Shown here in pieces: positions 9,047-14,446 of a DNA stretch of 14,446 bases (position 1 is the stretch's first letter; every line of letters begins with the position of its first letter). Below the pieces are notes generated by a model. The model made no database searches. It was not told the origin of the DNA and worked only from the letters and a program-made list of their open reading frames with translations. Made by a program: the position numbers and the translations under genes. The DNA lies in contig JBNKNM010000138.1 in assembly GCA_050293845.1 (NCBI GenBank), positions 1 through 14,446 of the forward strand, written 5' to 3'. Origin of the DNA: Pseudobacteriovorax sp. GTDB taxonomy: Bacteria; Bdellovibrionota_B; Oligoflexia; Oligoflexales; Oligoflexaceae.

Positions 9047-9751
9047 ATGCTTGATAACTATCTCGGCGATTATATCAACATTATGCAAGTGTCAAAACTG
9101 ACAAAAGAAAATGGGATGACGCCAAAGGCTGTAATACGACTTGCAGCTGAAAATAAGCTCAGAGCTTTCGTTGAGGGGAGCTTCGTTTGTGATGAGGGGG
9201 TAATCGGACCGTATCAGCCCGTCAAAAGAGAAGTGGTTCTAGGGGTTCTATTAGAATATGACGAAAAGCTTAACAAAAAGTCTCCAGAAGAAGGGTCACA
9301 TTTTGGTCCTGATGACTTTGAATTTACCCCACCTCCTTTTGGTGTTGAAATAATCGACTCTGACGTAGATATCAGGCTAGCTGAGTCCTTTATTACTGGT
9401 TTTTGTCCAGCCGATTTCTTGTTGAAAGTTGATGACCTAAAATCAATAGAAGGGTCTGACAGATATTCTTCTGGTCAGAATAGGAATCAAAAACTGGAAA
9501 AGGATAATAAGATCCTTGCTTCATTTCTTGCCGAAACCATAAAAGCAATTCTCAACGATGAGACGGATCAATTTGTAGTGAATGGTCGATTTATATCGAG
9601 CAGACTAGCAAAGACCTTAGAGGAAAACGCAATAAATCATCCCAATTTAACGAACGATACTGGAGAAAGAATAAAGGGTGCATCGGAGTCATCAATCATC
9701 CGAGTTTTGCGGCCAGTGACTGAAGCCCTAAATTCAATTTTAGATTCTTAA
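9047..9751 (+). CDS. Hypothetical protein immediately upstream of alpA
   Basis: Long ORF with ATG 9047 preceded by a G-rich SD (the track starts it at TTG 9029). Possible C-terminal HTH-like segment SRLAKTLEE...GASESSIIRVL. Confidence 0.65.
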   Translation: MLDNYLGDYINIMQVSKLTKENGMTPKAVIRLAAENKLRAFVEGSFVCDEGVIGPYQPVKREVVLGVLLEYDEKLNKKSPEEGSHFGPDDFEFTPPPFGVEIIDSDVDIRLAESFITGFCPADFLLKVDDLKSIEGSDRYSSGQNRNQKLEKDNKILASFLAETIKAILNDETDQFVVNGRFISSRLAKTLEENAINHPNLTNDTGERIKGASESSIIRVLRPVTEALNSILDS

Positions 9752-9779
9752 TAAATTTATATAGATATAGATTAATCAA

Positions 9780-9826
9780 AAGTCATGTCACCCAAAATCA
9801 AAAAACTTACCTGACTGACATGACTT
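9780..9826. repeat. Perfect 11-bp inverted repeat upstream of alpA
   Basis: AAGTCATGTCA (9780-9790), 25-bp spacer, TGACATGACTT (9816-9826). Confidence 0.8.
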
Positions 9827-9883
9827 CCCACCTTTGTTTCATCATAATCCTAAAAGTTTCAGAAATCATCTAAGGGGGTCCTT

Positions 9884-10051
9884 ATGGATCGGATCATTAG
9901 AGCAAGCGAGCTTGCGAAGCTTTTAGGGCTTAGTCGTACAACGATATGGAGATTGGAGTCAGACGAGAGTTTTCCAAAGAAGATTCAGCTTACCTCACAC
10001 TCAGTGGGGTGGAAGTTATCAGAAATTAATGCCTGGCTAGCAGACCGCTAG
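9884..10051 (+). CDS. alpA: AlpA-family regulator / recombination directionality factor (55 aa, not in ORF track)
   Basis: Hand translation MDRIIRASELAKLLGLSRTTIWRLESDESFPKKIQLTSHSVGWKLSEINAWLADR shows the AlpA pattern GLSRTTI..FP..I.L...VGW...EI..W. SD AAGGGGG at 9872-9878. Confidence 0.92.
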   Translation: MDRIIRASELAKLLGLSRTTIWRLESDESFPKKIQLTSHSVGWKLSEINAWLADR

Positions 10052-10067
10052 TAATTCCCTAAAAAAT

Positions 10068-10129
10068 TAAGGTGCCTTCATAGCTGATGTCATGATTAGC
10101 CGAGGCACCTTATTACCTAAAAAAGGTGT
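10068..10129. promoter_or_regulatory. Stem-loop leader of the primase gene with an alternative anti-SD pairing
   Basis: TAAGGTGCCT (10068-10077) pairs with AGGCACCTTA (10103-10112), with inner stem GCTGAT/ATTAGC. GCACCTT (10105-10111) can alternatively pair with the SD AAGGTGT (10123-10129). Confidence 0.6.
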
Positions 10130-10133
10130 TAAC

Positions 10134-12524
10134 ATGTTACAAAAAATTATTGAAAAAACAAAGGCCAAGAAGCATGGAAGCCAATACCTAGGACACTGTC
10201 CAGCTCATGATGATAAAAGTCCTTCACTATCGATAAAACAAGACGGTGAGAAAATACTCCTTCATTGTCATGCAGGGTGCGCATATGAGGATATTGCTAG
10301 CGCACTAGATATAAGGGAGAAAAACCACCAGCGAAGTAATGAATATCAAAGTGAGTCATTCAAGAGAATCTGGGGAGAGATCGAATCAATCAATACTCGC
10401 CCAGAGAATGCAGCATCCAGATACCTAAAGCAACGTGGGATAAATTCGGATGTCTTTCCATCTACTTTAGGCTTCATAAGGGAACTCAAATACTCGGAAA
10501 AGGGCAAAACCTCTTTTCACCCAGCTCTAGTAGGAAAGATTACGAATAGTGAAGGTTTTCTAAAGGGGGTGATGAGAACCTATATTACCGAAGATGGATA
10601 TAAGGCATCAGTTGATACGCCTAAAAAGTGTCTTGGGGAAATAAAAGGTTGTGGGGTTCGTCTTGGGAATATAGTTGGTCCTGTTGTTCATATAACAGAA
10701 GGGATTGAGACCGGGCTAGCTATATATGCTGCTATAAATCAGCCAGTCATAGCTGCTTTAAACGCCGGCAACCAAAAAACTCTCGAATTTGAGAGTTGCA
10801 TTAAAGAAGTTCATATGTGGCCTGACAAGGACCTTAGCTTAACAGGCCAGCGTGAGTCAGAATTAGCAGCAGAGGCATTTATGGCAAAAGGTCTGAAGGT
10901 GATCCTTCATGCCTCTAACTTAGATATTCCTGAAGGACAATCTTCTATTGATTGGTTGGATATCAAGAATGAACTTGGGGATGAGCATCTTCTTCAGGAG
11001 TTAAATAAGCATACTGAGCTTTTTGGCTGGAATGGCCCGGTCGAGCCAATTGCTGTACCAATAACCACTCCACCAGAATTTGATGCAAGCTTAATGCCTT
11101 CTCCCTTCAAGGAGAATTGCCTCGACATTGCAGAAAGGCTTGGCGTCCCCGTCGAGATGGTTTTATTTCCCATGCTAGCCGGATTTGGCAGTTTGATTGG
11201 AAGAAAATTAGCGGTTCATCCTAATCAAAAAGATAAGAGCTGGTATGAGCATCCAACTTTCTGGTGCATGACGGTTGGTAGACCCTCGATCAAAAAATCT
11301 CCTGCCCAGAACTACGGGTTGAGTCCTCTAAGTGCGGTAGCTTCAAAATTTATCAAGGAATATCAGGACCAGAAGGAAGACATCAAAGTTCGAAGAGATA
11401 TGCTTGATAAAAAATATAAGAATTTGCTCAAAGAATTGGATAAAAAGAACCAAACTGACAAAGGCGAGTTCGCCCTTCAAATGGAGTTGGTCGAAACTCA
11501 AAAGCTCATAGATGAACTTCCAGATGGTCCGCTCAGGTTTACTTCAAGTGACTCCACGATGGAAATGTTGTGTCATCTCTTGTCTAAAAATGAGAGAGGA
11601 ATCGCTTTGGTTCGTGACGAGTTAGCTGGATGGATTCTAGGGATGAGAAAGTCTGGACGGGAAGGTGAACGTGAGTTCTTTCTTGAAGCTTGGACGGGTC
11701 AGGGAGCATTCGATCAAGATCGAGTTGGTCGGGGTCACATTCATGTCGATAACCCCAGGGTTACTGTCATCGGTAGCACGCAACCGAGTAAGGCCGAACC
11801 ACTTGTGAATCCTAGCCTCTCAGATTTTGTTGATGATGGGTTAGTTCAACGGTTTCAATTCCTTCTTTCATACGATGGTAATCCTGGATCAGCTTCTATT
11901 GATCGGGAAGAAAATCTTGACGCCAAAAATAAGGTTAACGAAGTATTTGATGCGTTTCTAAACCCCGTTTTTAACTCGAAGCTTGAGTTGAGAGGTTATG
12001 CGACCTTGATAGGTTTTGATCAATCGGCAAGTCCACTTTACAAAAATTGGGTGTTAGATTTGGAGGCTAAAATGAAGGTATTGGATAGCTCAGAATTTTT
12101 ATTGGAATCTCATTTAGGTAAATACAGAAACCTTGTCCCTAAGTTAGGTTTGGTCATTGAATGTATTCGGAATTATGAATCCATAGAATCGATGACTTCC
12201 ATCTCTGAGGATTCGACTCGTAAAGCAATTGCGATTTGCGACTTTTTGGAAAAACATGCTCGTAACTTCTACTCGTCCACTAACAAAGCTCCCTACATCA
12301 CAGCAAAATCGTTATCTAACCATATCAAAAGTGGGAAGCTAACTGATGGGATGACTCTTCGCGAGCTTTCGAGAAAGCATTGGAAGGGTACGAAGAACCG
12401 GGAGCAGTTAGATATGGCCCTATCTGTTCTTGAGGAATCTAATTGGATCAAAATCATGAGTGTAAAAAGTGATACTGGCCGACCTTCCGAGGTCATTCGC
12501 ATTCACCCAGATGCGCTGAACTAA
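10134..12524 (+). CDS. Primase-helicase fusion: Zn finger + Toprim + DUF3987 (YfjI-like) P-loop domain
   Basis: CPAHDD...CHAGC zinc-binding domain, Toprim ITEGIETGLA and WPDKD, P-loop-like GRPSIKKSP, RDEL, DGLVQRF. ATG 10134 preferred over 10092 because of the AAGGTG SD. Confidence 0.85.
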   Translation: MLQKIIEKTKAKKHGSQYLGHCPAHDDKSPSLSIKQDGEKILLHCHAGCAYEDIASALDIREKNHQRSNEYQSESFKRIWGEIESINTRPENAASRYLKQRGINSDVFPSTLGFIRELKYSEKGKTSFHPALVGKITNSEGFLKGVMRTYITEDGYKASVDTPKKCLGEIKGCGVRLGNIVGPVVHITEGIETGLAIYAAINQPVIAALNAGNQKTLEFESCIKEVHMWPDKDLSLTGQRESELAAEAFMAKGLKVILHASNLDIPEGQSSIDWLDIKNELGDEHLLQELNKHTELFGWNGPVEPIAVPITTPPEFDASLMPSPFKENCLDIAERLGVPVEMVLFPMLAGFGSLIGRKLAVHPNQKDKSWYEHPTFWCMTVGRPSIKKSPAQNYGLSPLSAVASKFIKEYQDQKEDIKVRRDMLDKKYKNLLKELDKKNQTDKGEFALQMELVETQKLIDELPDGPLRFTSSDSTMEMLCHLLSKNERGIALVRDELAGWILGMRKSGREGEREFFLEAWTGQGAFDQDRVGRGHIHVDNPRVTVIGSTQPSKAEPLVNPSLSDFVDDGLVQRFQFLLSYDGNPGSASIDREENLDAKNKVNEVFDAFLNPVFNSKLELRGYATLIGFDQSASPLYKNWVLDLEAKMKVLDSSEFLLESHLGKYRNLVPKLGLVIECIRNYESIESMTSISEDSTRKAIAICDFLEKHARNFYSSTNKAPYITAKSLSNHIKSGKLTDGMTLRELSRKHWKGTKNREQLDMALSVLEESNWIKIMSVKSDTGRPSEVIRIHPDALN

Positions 12525-12566
12525 CTGTCAAAACCGACAGAAGTGACTTATGGCACTTTTGTCACC
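12524..12566. repeat. Symmetric array of four 9-mers, putative replication origin
   Basis: ACTGTCAAA ACCGACAGA AG-TGA-CT TATGGCACT TTTGTCACC: two direct and two inverted degenerate copies of ASTGACAAA starting at the primase stop. Confidence 0.55.
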
Positions 12567-12613
12567 CAGTATTAGGCGAATAATTAAATGATCTTTTAGT
12601 GAATGGAGTCACT

Positions 12614-12862
12614 ATGGCTTGTTATTGCCAGAAATCTAAAGTATGTAGTCAAAGTTCAGATGAAAATGGACTATCTAAGCTCTTTGACAAAGAAAATGAC
12701 GTATTACTTACAACGGCACAATTAGCTGAAAAGCTAAATGTGTCCGAGAAAACCATCAGAGACTGGCGATATGCTCATGGCTTGCCAGGTATTAAGCTTA
12801 GGTCTGTGGTGCGGTACAGAGCAAGGGACGTCTTGGAGTGGCTCAAAACTAATGGAGGTTAG
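12614..12862 (+). CDS. Excisionase-like (MerR/HTH_17) DNA-binding protein
   Basis: LLTTAQLAEKLNVSEKTIRDWR..GLPGIKL..VVRYR..DVLEWL. ATG 12614 with GGAG SD (track start GTG 12599). Abuts the integrase. Confidence 0.85.
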   Translation: MACYCQKSKVCSQSSDENGLSKLFDKENDVLLTTAQLAEKLNVSEKTIRDWRYAHGLPGIKLRSVVRYRARDVLEWLKTNGG

Positions 12863-12864
12863 GA

Positions 12865-13965
12865 TTGAGCATCCACAAGACAAAGTCTGGCAAGTATGAA
12901 GTTCGTTGGCGGGATAAGGGCCGCCAGCGTTCCAAAACTTTCCAGAGGAAAATAGACGCAAGTAAGTTTGAGGCAAAAGTTCAGCTAAATCAACTTCCGG
13001 ACTATCTTAAAGACAAGAAAGAGGAAAAGCTCGAAAACATCACGTTCAGAGAGCTGTCGGAAATCTGGATCAGAGATCATTCGGAAGTACACAATGCACC
13101 AAGTACGGTCCTGAGGAATAAGCAAATTCTTAGGTCCTACCTTCTTCCAAGCTTGGGAAAATATCCCATAGACTCAATCGAGAAGCGAGATATCATCCAG
13201 CTACAAGCGAGGCTAAGAAGAACGAACAAACTCAGCGCAAAGACCATAAATAATATCCTTGGTCTGGCAAATAAGATTTTCTCTGACGGTTTGTCGTGGG
13301 GATTTGTTGATGCAAACCCGGCAGCAGCAATCAAGAGAATCAAAGCTCAGGACAAGGAGCACGTTTTTTGGGAATTCGATGAGCGAGATCGCTTTTTGAA
13401 CTTTGCGAGAAGTCGTCACCCAGTAATCCATGACATCGTTTTGTTTACGGTGAATACGGGATTACGAAAAGGTGAAGTTGAAGGGTTGCTGAGAGACTGT
13501 GTAGATTACGAGCGAAGAGAGATTATCGTCAAAAGAAACTTTTGCCATAAGACTTCTTCATTGAACGAGTACACCAAAGGTAAGTCTGTTAAGCGTGTCC
13601 CGATGAATCAGGCTGTTTGGGATTTGATGCAGGAACATCGGCTCAAGGCTCCTAGTCAGAAGATCTTCGATTTTGACTTTGAGCATATGGTTTGGAGGCA
13701 CTTCAAACCCCTTCAGGAGAAAGCCGGGGTGAAGGTGATCACCTTCCACGATCTACGTCATACATTTGCTTCTCATCTGGCTATGAGTGCGGTGAGTTTG
13801 TTTGATATCCAGAAGCTCTTAGGGCATTCGGATTTGAAGACGACTCAGCGGTATATGCACTTGGCTCCAGATCATTTGCAAGGTGTGACAGATGTGCTTG
13901 TTCGAGGGAAGCCTAAGAAGCATTCGGGTGATGCGATGAGATCCTTCAGCTCCGCTTCAGGATGA
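12865..13965 (+). CDS. Tyrosine recombinase (phage-type integrase)
   Basis: TGLRKGE, K in TKGK, FHDLRH, LGH, TQRY catalytic set, plus an N-terminal arm-binding-like beta domain. TTG start with GGAGG SD at 12854-12858. Confidence 0.96.
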   Translation: MSIHKTKSGKYEVRWRDKGRQRSKTFQRKIDASKFEAKVQLNQLPDYLKDKKEEKLENITFRELSEIWIRDHSEVHNAPSTVLRNKQILRSYLLPSLGKYPIDSIEKRDIIQLQARLRRTNKLSAKTINNILGLANKIFSDGLSWGFVDANPAAAIKRIKAQDKEHVFWEFDERDRFLNFARSRHPVIHDIVLFTVNTGLRKGEVEGLLRDCVDYERREIIVKRNFCHKTSSLNEYTKGKSVKRVPMNQAVWDLMQEHRLKAPSQKIFDFDFEHMVWRHFKPLQEKAGVKVITFHDLRHTFASHLAMSAVSLFDIQKLLGHSDLKTTQRYMHLAPDHLQGVTDVLVRGKPKKHSGDAMRSFSSASG

Positions 13966-13993
13966 CGGGCATTTTGATGAATGATGATTTGGG

Positions 13994-14012
13994 TGTTCGG
14001 TAAATGTTCGGT
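13994..14012. repeat. Tandem direct repeat, putative integrase arm-type sites
   Basis: TGTTCGGT at 13994-14001 and 14005-14012 (11-bp period), between the int stop and the att core. Confidence 0.55.
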
Positions 14013-14058
14013 GATTTTGCGTTGCCTCTGATTTACCAAGTAACTTCAGATAGTTACC

Positions 14059-14081
14059 TGGTGGAGGCGGCGGGAATCGAA
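14059..14081 (-). other. ssrA: att core: 3'-terminal fragment of tmRNA-type gene (not an intact gene)
   Basis: Minus strand reads TTCGATTCCCGCCGCCTCCACCA = T-loop, T-stem 3' strand, acceptor strand ending CTCCA + CCA, as typical of tmRNA (tRNA-Ala also ends CTCCACCA). Upstream sequence (14082 onward) cannot form the T-stem 5' strand. Confidence 0.8.
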
Positions 14082-14201
14082 ATCAAAGATATTGAAAAAA
14101 AAATTATAATAAAATCATAAATATATATTTAATTACAAATAGTTACGCTCAACATCCATTCACTTTGGTTTACTTTGAGTTCATCCTATTTCTTTGCATT
14201 C

Positions 14202-14221
14202 CTGCCCTCAATCTGCCCTCA
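14202..14221. repeat. Tandem direct repeat, putative arm-type sites of a neighbouring element
   Basis: CTGCCCTCA at 14202-14210 and 14213-14221 (11-bp period), about 120 bp right of the att core. Confidence 0.55.
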
Positions 14222-14446
14222 GAATTTTGCCGATGAAGAAGCCAATTTAAACCACAGAATATGCCATAAATACGCTGATCTGGGATAGGGCAAAATTAAA
14301 ACTTGAATATCTTCTAGTTCCAATTAAGTATGGCTTCTAAACGGCTTGTGCGGCTCGGATCTGATCCATCCGAACCGCTGAAACAACGGAGCCTAGCAAT
14401 AACGACAAAGTAGACCCCTCTGTTCCTATGAACGGAGTATAATCTT

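Larger units (their letters stand above)
126..14081. mobile_element. Integrative phage-satellite-like/genomic island (int, xis, primase-helicase, alpA) with type I RM defence cargo; left boundary not in window
   Basis: Tyrosine integrase next to a tmRNA/tRNA-type 3' fragment (14059-14081), with co-directional alpA, primase-helicase and xis. No capsid, tail or conjugation genes seen. No second att copy found, so the left coordinate is only a minimum. Confidence 0.8.

Noticed and set aside
12293..13749. Minus-strand ORFs within primase, xis and int
   Set aside because: Shadow ORFs with no motif support.
14059..14130. Intact tRNA or tmRNA gene
   Set aside because: Similarity stops at the T-loop. 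The upstream AT-rich sequence cannot form a T-stem or acceptor stem.
14336..14446. Minus-strand open frames running in from the right edge
   Set aside because: Two different short frames are open and neither is recognisable, so no call is possible.
1..14446. CRISPR array, retron ncRNA or IS element
   Set aside because: No regularly spaced repeat-spacer array, reverse transcriptase or transposase seen.

Overview
The window covers most of an integrative, phage-satellite-like genomic island; its left end lies outside the window. The right half (+ strand) is the mobility core: an HTH/TerS-like ORF, a hypothetical ORF, a 55-aa AlpA gene missed by the ORF track, a Zn-finger/Toprim/DUF3987-type primase-helicase followed by an iteron-like array, an Xis-like HTH protein and a tyrosine integrase. 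It ends at a 23-bp copy of a tmRNA-type 3' end (att core). The left half (- strand) is defence cargo arranged as one apparent operon: ribbon-helix-helix regulator, hsdM, hsdS, hsdR, a YgjP/M48-like HExxH metallohydrolase and a small AT-rich protein with an Rx4H HEPN-like motif. The most notable points are the RHH + type I RM + HExxH + HEPN module, a possible two-state RNA switch over the primase ribosome-binding site, and an att junction flanked by two different sets of arm-type repeats, which suggests tandem islands. All family calls come from reading motifs by eye; no searches were run.
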